Source of the DNA: the human T2T-CHM13v2.0 reference genome, Homo sapiens
Assembly: GCF_009914755.1 (NCBI RefSeq)
Contig: NC_060931.1
Reading direction: 5' to 3' (one strand)
Length of the DNA: 64,000 nucleotides
Position 1 is the first letter of the stretch. Every line of letters begins with the position of its first letter. Positions 1-15,000 of the stretch are shown in pieces. Below the pieces are notes generated by a model. The model had not been told where the DNA came from. It searched no databases and saw only the letters and a program-made list of their open reading frames with translations. Both the position numbers and the translations under genes were made by a program.

Positions 1-3000
1 ATTCCATTCCATTCCATTCCATTCCATTCCATTCCATTCCATTCCACTTGGGTTGATTACATTCAATTGCATTTCATTCCATTGAATTACATTCCATCCC
101 ATTCCATTCCATTTGATTCCATTCCATTGCATTCCATTCCATTTGATTCCAATCCATTCCATTCCATTCCACTCCATTGCATTCCGTTCCATTCCATTCC
201 ATTCCACATAGGTTGATTCCATTCCATTCTATTCCATACCATTGCATTCCATTCCACTCGTTTTGATTCCATTCCATTAAATTCCATTCCCTTCCATTCC
301 ATTCCAATCAAGTCCATTCCATTCCATTCCATTCCACTCAAGTAGATTCCATTCCTTTCCAATCCATTCCATTCCATTCCATTCCATTCCATTACATTAC
401 ATTACCTACCATTCCATTCCTCTCGGGTTGATTCCATTCCTTTCCATTCCATTCCTTTCCATTCCATTGCATTCCATTCCACTCCATTCCATGCCACTCG
501 CGTTGATTCCATTCCACTCCAATCCATGCCACTCAGTTTGATTCCATTCCATTCCATTCCACTTGGGTTGATTCCATTCCATTCCATTCCATTCCCTTGT
601 ATTCCATTTCATTGCATTCCATTCCATTCCATTCCATTCCACTTGGGGTGATTCTATTCCATTCCTTTAAATTCCATTCCCTTCCATTCCATTACATTGC
701 ATTCCATTCCATTCCATTGCATTCCATTCCATTCCATTCCACTTGGGTTGATTCCAATCCATTCCATTCCATCCCATTCCATTCCAGTCCACTTGGGTTG
801 ATTCCAATCCATTTTATTCCATTCCATTCAATTGCATTCCATTCCATTCCATTCCATTCCATTCCATTCCATTGCATTCCATTCCATTGCATTGCATTCC
901 ATTCCATTCCATTGCATTCCATTCCATTCCATTCCACTTGGGTTGATTCCAATCCATTTTATTCCATTCCATTAAATTGCATTCCATTCCATTCCATTCC
1001 ATTGCATTCTATTCTATTGCATTCCATTCCAGTTGATTCCATTCCTTTCCATTCCATTCCACTACATTCCACTCCATTCCATTCCATTCGGGTTTATACC
1101 ATCCCATTCCATTCCATTCCATTCCATTCCATTCCATTCCATTCCACTCAGGTTGATTCCATTCCATTGCATTCCATTCCGCTCCATTCCATTCCATTCC
1201 TCTCCATTCCATTCCATTCCACTCGACTCTTGTTGGTTCCATTCCATTCCATTACATGCCATTCCTTACCATTCCACTTGATTTGATTCCATTCCATTCC
1301 AATCCATTCCATTCCATTCCATTCCTCTCCTTTCCAATACTTTACTTTGCATTCCTTTCCATTCCTTTTGATTCCATTCCTTTCCCCTCGGTTTGATTCA
1401 ATTACATTCCATTCCATTCCTTTCCATTCCATTCCATTCCATTCCATTCCATTATATTCCATTCCATTCAACTCGGGTTGCTTCCATTCCCTTCCATTCC
1501 ATTCCACACGGGTTGATTCCATTCTATTCCATTCCATTCCATTCCATTCCATTCCACACGGGTTGATTCCTTTGCATTCCATTCCATTCCATTCCATTCC
1601 ACTCGGTTTGTTTGCAATCCATTCCATTCCATTCCATTCAATTCCAATCCATTCGACTCTGGTAGATTCCATTCCATTCCAATCCATTCCATTCCATTCC
1701 ACTCGTGTTGATTCCATACCTTTCCATTCCGTTCCATTCCATTCCACACGGGTTGATTCCCTTGCATCCCTTTCCATTCCATTCTATTGCGTTCCATTCT
1801 ATTCCATTGCATTCCTTTCCATTCCATTCCATTACACTCGGGTTGATTCTATTCCATTCCATTAAATTCCATTCCACTACATTCCACTCCCCTCAGGTTG
1901 ATTCCATTCCATTCCATTCCATTCCATTCAACTCTGGTTGATTCCATTCCATTCCGTTCCAATCCCTTCCATTCCATTCCACTCGCGTTGATTCCATTCC
2001 ATTCTATTCCACTCTAAACATTTCCATTCCATGCCATTCCTTTCCATTCCACTCGGGATGATTCAATTCCATTCCAATCCATTCCATTCCATTCCATTCC
2101 ATTCCATTCCATTCCATTCCACTCGGGTTGATTCCATTCCATTCCATTCCATTCCACTCCATTGCATTCCATTCCTCTCCATTCCATTCCATTCCACTCC
2201 ATTCCATTCCATTCCACTCGCCTCTTGTTTTTTCCATTCCATTCCGTTACATGCCATTCCTTTCCTTTCCACTTGATTTGATTCCATTCCATTCCAATCC
2301 ATTCCATTCCATTCCATTCCTCTCCTTTCCAATACTATCCATTCCATTCCATTCCATTCCATTTGATTCCATTCCTTTCCCCTCGGTTTGATTCAATTAC
2401 ATTCCATTCCATTCCTTTCCATTCCATTCCATTCCATTATATTCCATTCCATTCAACTCGGGTTGCTTCCATTCCCTTCCATTCAATTCCACTCGGGTTG
2501 ATTCCATTCTATTCCATTCCATTGCATTCCATTCCATTCCATTCCATTCCATTCCATTCCATTCCATTCCATTCCACACGGGTTGATTCCTTTCCATTCC
2601 ATTCAATTCCATTCCATTCCACTCGGTTTGTTTGCAATCCATTCCATTCCATTCCATTCAATTCCAATCCATTCGACTCTGGTAGATTCCATTCCATTCC
2701 AATCCATTCCATTCCATTCCACTCGTGTTGATTCCATACCTTTCCATCCGTTCCATTCCATTCCACACGGGTTGATTCCCTTGCATCCCTTTCCATTCCA
2801 TTCTATTGCGTTCCATTGTATTCCATTGCATTCCTTTCCATTCCATTCCATTACACTCGGGTTGATTCTTTTCCATTCCATTAAATTCCATTCCACTACA
2901 TTCCACTCCCCTCAGGTTGATTCCATTCCATTCCATTCCATTCCATTCCATTCCATTCCATTCCATTCAACTCTGGTAGATTCCATTCCATTCCGTTCCA

Positions 3001-6000
3001 ATCCCTTCCATTCCATTCCACTCGCGTTGATTCCATTCCATTCTATTCCATTCCAAACCTTTCCATTCCATGCCATTCCATTCCATTCCATTCCACTCGG
3101 GATGATTCAATTGCATTCCAATCCATTGCATTCCATTCCATTCCATTCCATTCCAATCCAATCCATTCCATTCCATTCCACTCGGGTTGATTCCATTCCA
3201 TTCCATTCCACTCCATTCCATTCCATTCCATTCCATTCCACTCCTTTCCATTCCATTCCATTCCATTCCATTCCATTCCACTCCATTCCAATATTTTCCA
3301 TTCCATTCCATTTGATTCCATTCCTTTCCACTCGGGTTCACTCAATTTCATTCCTTTCCATTCCTTACCATTCCATTCCATTATATTCCATTCCATTCAA
3401 CTGTGGTTGATTCCATTCCATTCCATTCCATTGCACTCTGGTTGATTCCATTCCATTCCATTGCATTCCATGCCGCACGGGTTGATTCCTTTCCATTCCA
3501 TTCCAATGCAATCCATTCCGTTACACTCGGTTTTTTTGCAATCCATTCCATTCAATTCCCATCCATTCGACTCTGGTTGATTCCATTCCATTCCAATTCA
3601 TTCCATTCCATTCCACTCGGGTTGATTCCATTCCATTCCATTCCATTCCATTCCACACCAGTTGATTCAATTCCATTCCATTCCTTTCCATTCCATTCTA
3701 CACGAGTTGATTCCATTCCATTCCATTCCATTCCATTCCATTCCATTCCATTCCATTCCATTCCATTCCATTCCTTTCCACTCGGTTTGATTCCATTCCA
3801 TTCCATTCCATTCAATTCCATTCCATTCGCCTGTGGTTGATTCCATTCAATTCCACTCCATTCCACTCGAGTTGATTTCATTTCATTCCAGTACATTCCT
3901 TTACATTTCACATGGGTTGATTCCATTCCACTCTTCCATTCCATTCCATTCCATGCCATTCCACTCTTGTTCATTCCTTTACATTACATTCCACTCCATT
4001 CCATTCCACTCAGGTTTATTCCATTCCATTCCATTCCATTCCATTCCATTCCATTCCATTCCTTTCCATTCCATGCCATACCACTCGGGTTGATTCCATT
4101 CCATTCCATTCCATTCCATTCCGTTCCATTCCATTCCACTTGGGTTGATTACATTCAATTGCAGTTCATTCCATTCAATTGCATTCCATCCCATTCCATT
4201 CCATTTGATTCCATTCCATTGCATTCAATTGCATTTCATTCCATTCAATTGCATTCCATCCCATTCCATTCCATTTGATTCCATTCCATTGCATTCAATT
4301 CCATTTGTTTCCAATCCATTCCATTCCACTCCACTCCATTGCATTCCGTTCCATTCCATTCCATTCCACTTAGGTTGATTCCATTCCATTCTATTCCATT
4401 CCATTGCATTCCATTCCACTCGTTTTGATTCCATTCCATTAAATTCAATTCCCTTCCATTCCATTCCATTCCATTCAACTCCATTCCATTCCATTCCACT
4501 CAAGTAGATTCCATTCCTTTCCAATCCTTTCCATTCCATTCCATTCCATTCCATTCCATTCCATTCCATTCCATTCCATTCCATTCCATTACATTACATT
4601 ACATTACCTACCATTCCATTCCTCTCGGGATGATTCCATTCCTTTCCATTCCATTCCTTTCCATTCCATTGCATTCCATTCCACTCCATTCCATGCCACT
4701 CGGGTTGATTCCATTCCACTCCAATCCATGCCACTCAGGTTTATTCCCTTCCATTCCATTCCATTCCACTTGGGTTGATTCCATTCCATTCCATTACATT
4801 CCATTCTATTCCATTTCATTGCATTCCATCCCATTCCATTCCATTCCATTCCATTCCATTCCATTCCATTCCAGTCCACTTGGGTTGATTCCATTCCATT
4901 CCTTTCCATTCCATTCCCTTCCATTCCATTGCATTGCATTCCATTCCACTCCATTCCATTCCATTCCACTTGTGTTGATTCCATTCCATTTCATTCCATC
5001 CCATTCCATTCCATTCCACTTGGATTGATTGCATTCCATTTTACTCCATTCCATTCAATTGCATTCCATTTCATTCCATTCCATTGCATTCCATTCTATT
5101 GCATTCCATTCCAGTTGATTCCATTCCTTTCCATTCCATTCCACTACAGTGCAATCTATTCCATTCCATTCGGGTTTATACCATCCCATTCCATTCCACT
5201 CCATTCCATTCCATTCCACTCGGGTTGATTCCATTCCATTCCATTCCATTCCATTCCATTCCATTCCACACCAGTTGATTCCATTCCATTCCATTTCTTT
5301 CCATTCCATTCGACACGAGTTGATTCCATTCCATTCCATTCCATTCCATTCCATTCCATTCCATTCCATTCCTTTCCACTCGGTTTGATTCCATTCCATT
5401 CCATTCCATTCAATTCCATTCCATTCGACTCTGATTGATTCCATTCAATTCCACTCCATTCCACTCGGGTTGATTTCATTCCATTCCAGTCCATTCCTTT
5501 ACATTTCACATGGGTTGATTCCATTCCACTCTTCTATTCCATTCCATTCCATGCCATTCCACTCTTGTACATTCTATTACATTCCATTCCACTCCATTCC
5601 ATTCCACTCAGGTTGATTCCATTCCATTCCATTCCATTCCATTCCATTCCATTCCTTTCCATTCCATGCCATTCCACTAGGGTTGATTCCATTCCATTCC
5701 ATTCCATTCCATTCCATTCCATTCCATTCCATTCCATTCCACTTGGGTTGATTACATTCAATTGCATTTCATTCCATTGAATTACATTCCATCCCATTCC
5801 ATTCCATTTGATTCCATTCCATTGCATTCCATTCCATTTGATTCCAATCCATTCCATTCCATTCCACTCCATTGCATTCCGTTCCATTCCATTCCACTTA
5901 GGTTGATTCCATTCCATTCTATTCCATACCATTGCATTCCATTCCACTCGTTTTGATTCCATTCCATTAAATTCCATTCCCTTCCATTCCATTCCAATCA

Positions 6001-9000
6001 AGTCCATTCCATTCCATTCCATTCCACTCAAGTATATTCCATTCCTTTCCAATCCATTCCATTCCATTCCATTCCATTCCATTACATTACATTACATTAC
6101 ATTACCTACCATTCCATTCCTCTCGGGTTGATTCCATTCCTTTCCATTCCATTCCTTTCCATTCCATTGCATTCCATTCCACTCCATTCCATGCCACTCG
6201 GGTTGATTCCATTCCACTCCAATCCATGCCACTCCGTTTGATTCCATTCCATTCCATTCCACTTGGGTTGATTCCATTCCATTCCTTTCCATTCCATTCC
6301 CTTCCATTCCATTGCATTGCATTCCATTCCATTCCAAAGCATTCCTTTCCATTCCATTCCACTTGGGTTGATTCCAATCCATTCCATTCCATCCCATTCC
6401 ATTCCATTCCACTTCGGTTGATTCCAATCCATTTTATTCCATTCCTTTCAATTGCATTCCATTCCATTGCATTCTATTCTATTGCATTCCATTCCAGTTG
6501 ATTCCATTCCTTTCCATTCCATTCCACTACATTCCACTCCTTTCCATTCCATTCGGGTTTATACCATCCCATTCCGTTCCGTTCCATTCCATTCCATTCC
6601 ATTCCATTCCATTCCATTCCATTCCATTCCATTCCATACCACTCGGGTTGATTCCATTCCATTCCATTCCATTCCACTCCTTTCCATTCCATTCCACTCC
6701 ATTCCATTCCATTCCACTCGACTCTTGTTGTTTCCATTCCCTTCCGTTACATGCCATTCCTTTCCGTTCCAATTGATTTGATTCCATTCCATTCCAATCC
6801 ATTCCATTCCATTCCATTCCTCTCCTTTCCAATACTTTACATTCCATTCCATTCCATTCCTTTTGATTCCATTCCTTTCCCCTCGGTTTGATTCAATTAC
6901 ATTCCATTCCATTCCTTTCCATTCCATTCCATTCCATTCCATTCCATTCTATTCCATTCCATTCCATTCCATTATATTCCATTCCATTCAACTCGGGTTG
7001 CTTCCATTCCCTTCCATTCAATTCCACTCGGGTTGATTCCATTCTATTCCATTCCATTCCATTCCATTCCATTCCACACGGGTTGATTCCTTTCCATTCC
7101 ATTCCATTCCATTCCACTCGGTTTGTTTGCAATCCATTCCATTCCATTCCATTCAATTCCAATCCATTCGACTCTGGTAGATTCCATTCCATTCCAATCC
7201 ATTCCATTGCATTCCACTCGTGTTGATTCCATACCTTTCCGTTCCGTTCCATTCCATTCCACACGGGTTGATTCCCTTGCATCCCTTTCCATTCCATTCT
7301 ATTGCGTTCCATTCTATTTCATTTTATTCCTTTCCATTCCATTCCATTACACTCGGGTTGATTCTATTTCATTCCATTAAATTCCATTCCACTACATTCC
7401 ACTCCCCTCAGGTTGATTCCATTCCATTCCATTCCATTCCATTCAACTCTGGTTGATTCCATTCCATTCCGTTCCAATCCCTTCCATTCCATTCCACTCG
7501 CGTTGATTCCATTCCATTCTATTCCATTCCAAACCTTTCCATTCCATGCCATTCCATTCCATTCCACTCGGGATGATTCAATTCCATTCCAATCCATTCC
7601 ATTCCATTCCATTCCATTCCATTCCATTCCATTCCACTCGGGTTGATTCCATTCCATTCCATTCCATTCCACTCCATTCCATTCCATTCCACTCCATTCC
7701 ATTCCATTCCACTCGCCTCTTGTTGTTTCCATTCCATTCCGTTACATGCCATTCCTTTGCGTTCCACTTGATTTGATTCCATTCCATTCCAATCCATTCC
7801 ATTCCATTCCATTCCACTTGGGTTGATTCCATTCCATTCCATTCCACTCCATTCCATTCCATTCCACTCCATTCCATTCCATTCCACTCCATTCCATTCC
7901 ATTCCACTCGCCTCTTGTTGTTTCCATTCCATTCCGTTACATGCCATTCTTTTCCGTTCCACTTGATTTGATTCCATTCCATTCCAATCCATTCCATTCC
8001 ATTCCATTCCATTCCATTCCATTCCTTTCAATTCCATTCCATTCCAATCGGGATGATTCCATTCCATTCCATTCCATTCCATTCCATTCCATTCCATTCC
8101 ATTCCACTTGAGTTGATTACATTCCATTCCATTAGATTCCATTCCATTCCATTCCATTCCATTCCATTCCATTCCATTCCCTTCAATTCCATTCCACTTG
8201 GGTTGATTCCATTCCATTGCATTCCATTCCATTCCATTCCATTCCATTCCATTCCATTCCATTCCACTGCATTCCATTCTATTGCATTATATTCCAGTTG
8301 ATTCCATTACATTGCATTACATTCCTCTCCATTGCATTCCATTCCTCTCCATTCCATTCCACTTTGGTTGATTCCACTCCAATCCATTCCATTCCACTCG
8401 TTTTGATTAAATTCCATTAAATTCAATTCCATTCCATTTAATTACATTCCACTCCATTCTATTCCATTCCATTCCACTCAGGTTGATTCCATTCCTTTCC
8501 ATTCCATTCCATTCCATTGCATTCCATTCCATTCCATTCCATTCCATTCCATTCCATTCCATTCCCTTCCACTGCATTCCACTCGGATTGATTTCATTCA
8601 AATCCATTCCATTCCTTTCCATTCGATTGCATTCCATTTTACTCCATTCCATGCCAATCTGGTTGATTCCATTCCACTCCTTTCCATGCCTCTCGTGTTG
8701 ATTCCATTCCACTCCGTTCCATTCCAATACATTCGATACCGTTGCATTCCATTCCACTATTGTAGATTCCATTCCATTCCGTTTCATTCCATTCCATTCC
8801 ATTACACTCGCGTTGATTCCATTGCATTCCATTCCATTCCATTCCATTGCATTCCATTTCATTCCATTCCATTACATTCAGGTTGATTCCACTCCATTCA
8901 CTTCCATTCAATTCCATTTCATGCCATTCCTCTCGAGTTGATTCCAATCCATTCCATTCCATTCCTTTCGGATTGATTCCATTCCATTGCATATCATTCC

Positions 9001-12000
9001 TTTCCATTCCTTTCCATTTCATTCCATTCCACTCAGGTTGATTCCATTCCTTTCCATTCCATTCTATTCCAATAAATTCATTTCCACTCCATTTCACTCG
9101 GGTTGATTCTATTCCATTCCATTCCATTCCACACGGGTTGAATCCATTCCTTTCCATTCCATACCATTCCACTCGGGTTTAATCCATTCCATTCCTTTCC
9201 ATTTCATTCCAATCCTTTCCATTCCAATCCACTCGGGTTGATTCCATTCCATTCCATTCCTTTCCATTTCAATCGGGTTAATTCCATTCCATTCCATTCC
9301 TTCACATTCCATTCCATTCCATTCCATTCCACTCGGGTGATACCATTCCTTTCCATTCCATTCTATTCCATTCCATTCTATTCCATTTCATTCCATTCCA
9401 TTCCATTCAGATTGATTCCATTCAATTCCATTCCATTCCATTTCACTCCATTCCATTCCATTCCATTCCATTCCATTCCATTCCATTCCATTCCATTCCA
9501 TTCTATTCCATTCCATTCCACTCGGGGTGATTCCATTTCATTCCATTCCATTCCTTTGCATTCAAAGGCTTTCAATTCCATTCCCTTCGAATCGGGTGGA
9601 TTCCTTTCCTTTCCATTCCATTCCATTCCATTCAATTCCATCCCGTTACGTTTCCATCCATTCCATTCCATTCCATTCCACTCGGGTTGATTCCATTCCA
9701 TTCTTCTAGATTCCATTCCATTCCATTGCATTCCATTCCACTCGGGTTTATTCCATTCCATTGCATTGCATTCCATTCCATTCCATTCCATTCCACTGTG
9801 GTTGATACCATTCCATTCAATTTCATTCCATTCCATTCCATTCCATTCATTTGGCGTGTATTCCATTCCATTCCATTCCATTCCATTCCATTGCACTCGG
9901 GTTGATTCCATTACTTTCCATTACATTCCATTCTTTTCATTCCTTCCCATTCCATTCCACTCTGGTTGATTCCATTCCATTTCATTCCATTCCATTGCAT
10001 TCCATTCCATTCCAATCCATTCCGTTGCACTCGGTTTGATTCCATGCCATTCCAATCCATTCCATTCCATTCCTTTTCATTCCATTTCATTGCAGTCGGG
10101 TTGATTCCATTCCATTCCATTCAAATCATGTCCATCCCACTCGGATTGATTCCATTCCATTCCATTCCATTCCATTCCAATCCATTCCATTGCATTCTAT
10201 TCTATTCCATTCCACAGAGGTTGATTCCATTCCATTCCATTCCATTCCATTCCATTCCATTCCTTTCCATTCCATTCCACTCGGCTTGTTTGCAATCCAT
10301 TCCATTCCATTCCATTCTATTCCAATCCATTCCACTCTGGTTGATTCCATTCCATTCCATTCCATTCCACTCGGTTTGTTTGCAATCCATTCCATTCCAT
10401 TCCATTCTATTCCAATCCATTCCACTCTGGTTGATTCCATTCCATTCCATTCCATTCCATTCCATTCCATTCCATTTCATTCAACTCCATTCCTTTCCAT
10501 TCCACTTAGGTTGATTTCATTTCATTATATTCCGTTCCATTCCATTCCACACGGGTTGATTCCACTCCATTCCATTCCATTCCACTCCATACCATTCCAC
10601 CCTTGTTGATTCCATTCCATTCCATTCCTTTCCATTCCCTTCCATTAAACTCGCGTTGATTCCCTTGCATTCCTTTCCATTCCATTCCTTTGAGTTCCAT
10701 ACTATTGCACTGCATTCCTTTCCATTCCATTCCTTTCCACTCGGGTTGATTCCATTCCATTCCATTCCATTCCATACCATTCCATTCCATTCCATAACAT
10801 GCCATTCCTTTCCGTTCCACTTGGTTTGATTCCATTCCATTCCAATCCATGCCATTCCATTCCATTCCTCTCCATTCCAATACTTTCCATTCCATTCCAT
10901 TTGATTCCATTCCTTTCCACTCGGTTTGATTCAATTCAATTCCATTCCATTCCTTTCCATGCCATTCCATTCCATTCTATTCCATTCCATTCCATTATAT
11001 TCCATTCCATTCAACTCGGGTTGATTCCATTCCCTTCCATTCCATTCCACTCGGGTTGATTCCATTCCATTCCATTGCATTCCATTCCATTAAATTCCAT
11101 TCCATTCCACATGGGTTGATTCCTTTCCATTCCATTCCATTCCATTCCATTCCACTCGGTTTGTTTGCAATCCATTCCATTCAATTCCAATCCATTCGAC
11201 TCTGGTTGATTCCATTCCATTCCAATTCATTCCATTCCATTCCACTCGGGTTGATTCCATAACTTTCCATTCCGTTCCATTCCATTCCACTCGGCTTGTT
11301 TGCAATCCATTCCATTCCATTCCATTCTATTCCAATCCATTGCACTATGGTTGATTCCATTCCATTCCATTCCATTCCACTCGGTTTGTTTGCAATCCAT
11401 TCCATTCCACTCCATTCCACTCCCCTCTGGTTGATTCCATTCCATTCCATACCATTCCATTCAACTCTGGTTGATTCCATTCCATTCCGTTCCAATCCAT
11501 TCCATTCCATTCCACTCACGTTGATTCCATTCCATTCCATTCCATTCCAAACCATTCCATTCCATGCCATTCCATTCCATTCAATTCCATTCCATTCCAA
11601 TCGGTTTGATTCAGTTCCATTCCAATCCATTCCATTCCATTCCATTCCATTCCATTCCATTCCATTCCAGTCCATTCCATTCCATTCCACTCGGGTTGAT
11701 TCCATTCCATTCCATTCCATTCCATTCCATTCCACTCCACTCCATTCCAATACTTTCCATTCCATTCCATTTGATTCCATTCCCTTCCACTCGGGTTGAC
11801 TCTATTTCATTCCTTTCCATTCCTTTCCATTCCATTCCATTCCATTGCATTCCATTCCGTTATATTCCATTCCATTCAACTGTGGTTGATACAATTCCAT
11901 TCCATTCCCTTCCACTCGGGTTGATTCCATTCCATTCCATTCCATTCCATGCCACACGGGTTGATTCCTTTTCATTCCATTCCATTCCATTCCATTCCGT

Positions 12001-15000
12001 TCCACTCGGTTTTTTGCAAGCCATTCCATTCCATTCCAATCCGTTTGACTCTGGTTGATTCCATTCCATTCCATTCCATTCCATTCCATTCCATTCCAAT
12101 CCATTTCATTCCACTCGGGTTGATTCCATTCCATTCCATTTCATTCAATTCCATTCCATTCCACACCAGTTTATTCCATTCCATTCCATTCCTTTCCATT
12201 CCATTCGACACGAGTTGATTCCATTCAATTCCATTCCATTCCATTCCATTCCACTTGGGTTAATTCCAAAAAATTGCATTCCATTCCATTCAATTGCATT
12301 CCACTATATTCCATTCCATTCCGTTCCATTCCATTGCATTCCATTCCATTGCATTGCATTCCAGTTGATTCCATTCCATTCCATTCCATTCCACTCCATT
12401 ACATTCCATTCCATTCCATTCTATTCTACTTATGTTGATTCCATTCCATTCCATTCCATTCCATTCCATTCCATTCCACTCGTTTTGTTTCCATTCCATT
12501 AAATTCCATTCCCTTCCATTCCATTCCATTCCACTCCATTCCATTCCATTCCATTCCATTCCACTCCATTCCATTCCATTCCATTCCATTCCATTCCATT
12601 CCATTCCACTCAAGTTGATTCCATTCCTTTCCATTCCTTTCCCCTCCATTACATTCTATTCCATTACATTGCATTCCCTTCCATTCCATTCCACTTGTGT
12701 TGATTCCATTCCTTTCCATTCCATTACATTCCATTCCACTCCATTCCATGCCAGTAGGGTTGATTCCATTGCACTCCATTCCATGCCACTCAGGTTGATT
12801 CAATTCCATCCCATTGCATTCCACTTGGGTTGATTCCATTTCATTCCATTGCATTCCAATCCCTTCCATTCCATTGCATTCCATTCCATTCCATTGCATT
12901 CCTTTCAATTCCATTCCATTCCACTCGGGTTGATTCCATTCCATTTCAGTCCAATCCATTCCATTCCATTCCACTCCATTGCATTCCATTCCATTCCACT
13001 TGCGTTGATTCCATCCCATTCCATTAAATTCCATTCCATTTCATTCCATTCCATTCCATTGCATTCCATTCTATTGCTTTATATTCCAGTTGATTCCATT
13101 ACATTCCATTACATTCCACTCCATTGCATTTCATTCCTTTCCATTCCATTCCACTTAGGTTGATTCCATTCCATTCCATTCCATTCCATTCCACTCGTTT
13201 TGATTAAATTCCGTTAAATTCCATTCCTTTCCATTAAATTACATTCCACTCCATTCTATTCCATTCCATTCCACTCTGGTTGATTCCATTCCTTTCCATT
13301 CCATTCCATTCCATTCCCTTCCACTCCATTCCACTCGGATTGATTCCATTCCAATCCATTCCATTCCTTTCCATTATATTGTATTCCATTTAATTCCATT
13401 CCATGCCAATCTGTTTGACTTTATTCCACTCCGTTCCATGCCTCTCGTGTTGATTCCATTCCACTCCATTCCATTCCAATCCATTCAATACCATTGCATT
13501 CCATTCCACTATTGTTGATACCATTCAATTCCATTCCATTCCATTCCATTCCATTCCATTACACTCGCGTTGATTCCGTTGCATTCCATTCCATTCCATA
13601 CCATTGCATTCCATTTTATTCCATTCCATTATATTCAGGTTGATTCCACTACATTCCCTTCCATTCAATTCCATTTCATGCCATTCCTCTCGAGTTGATT
13701 CCAATCCATTCCATTCCATTCCATTCGGATTGATTCCATTCCACTGCATATCATTCCATTCCATTCCATTCCATTTCTTTCCATTCCATTCCATTCCACT
13801 CGGGTTGATTCTATTCCTTTCCATTCCATTCTATTCCAATAAATTCACTTCCATTCCATTCCACTCGGGTTGAGTCCATTCCATTCCATTCCATTTCGTT
13901 CCAATCCTTTCCGTTCCATTCCATTCGGGTTGATTCCGTTCCATTCCATTCCATTCCATTCCATTTCAATCGGGTTAATTCCATTCCATTCCATTCCTTC
14001 ACATTCCATTCCATTCCATTCCACTCGGGTGATACCATTCCTTTCCATTCCATTCTATTCCATTCCATTCCATTCCATTGCATTCCATTCCATTCCATTC
14101 CATTCCATTCCATTCCATTCCATTCCATTCCACTCCATTCCACTCCATTCGGATTGATTCCATTCAATTCCATTCCATTCCATTTCATTCCGTTCCCTTC
14201 CATTCCATTCCATTCCATTCCATTCTATTCCATTCCATTCCACTGAGGGTGATTCCGTTTCATTCCATTACATTCCTTTGCATTCCAAGGCATTCAATTC
14301 CATTCCCTTCCAATCGGGAGGATTCCTTTCCTTTCCATTCCATTCCATTCCATTCCATTCCATTCCATTCCACTCGGGTTTATTCCATTCCATTGCATTG
14401 CATTCCATTCCATTCCACTCCATTCCACTGTGGTTGATACTATTCCATTCAATTTCATTCCATTCCATTCCATTCCATTCATTTCGCGTGTATTCCATTC
14501 CATTCCTTTCCATTCCATTCCATTCCATTCCATTCCATTCCATTCCACTCGGGTTAATTCCATTCTTTTCCATTACATTCCATTCTTTACATTCCCTTCC
14601 ATTCCATTCCACTCGTGTTGATTCCATTCCATTCCATTCCTTTGCATTCTATTCCATTCCAATCCATTGCGTTGCACTCGGTTTGATTCCATTCCATTCC
14701 ATTCCATTCCATTCCATTCCATTCCATTCCATTCCCTTTCATTCCATTTCATTGCAGTCGGGATGATTCCATTCCATTCCATTCAAATCATATCCATCCC
14801 ACTCGGATTGATTCCATTCCATTCCATTCCATTCCATTCCAATCCATTCCATTGCATTCCATTCTATTCCATTCCACAGAGGTTGATTCCATTCCATTCC
14901 ATTCCATTCCATTCCATTCCATTCCATTCCATTCTGGTTGGATCCATTCCATTCCATTCCATTCTATTCCATTGCATTGCATTCCATTCCATTCCTTTCA

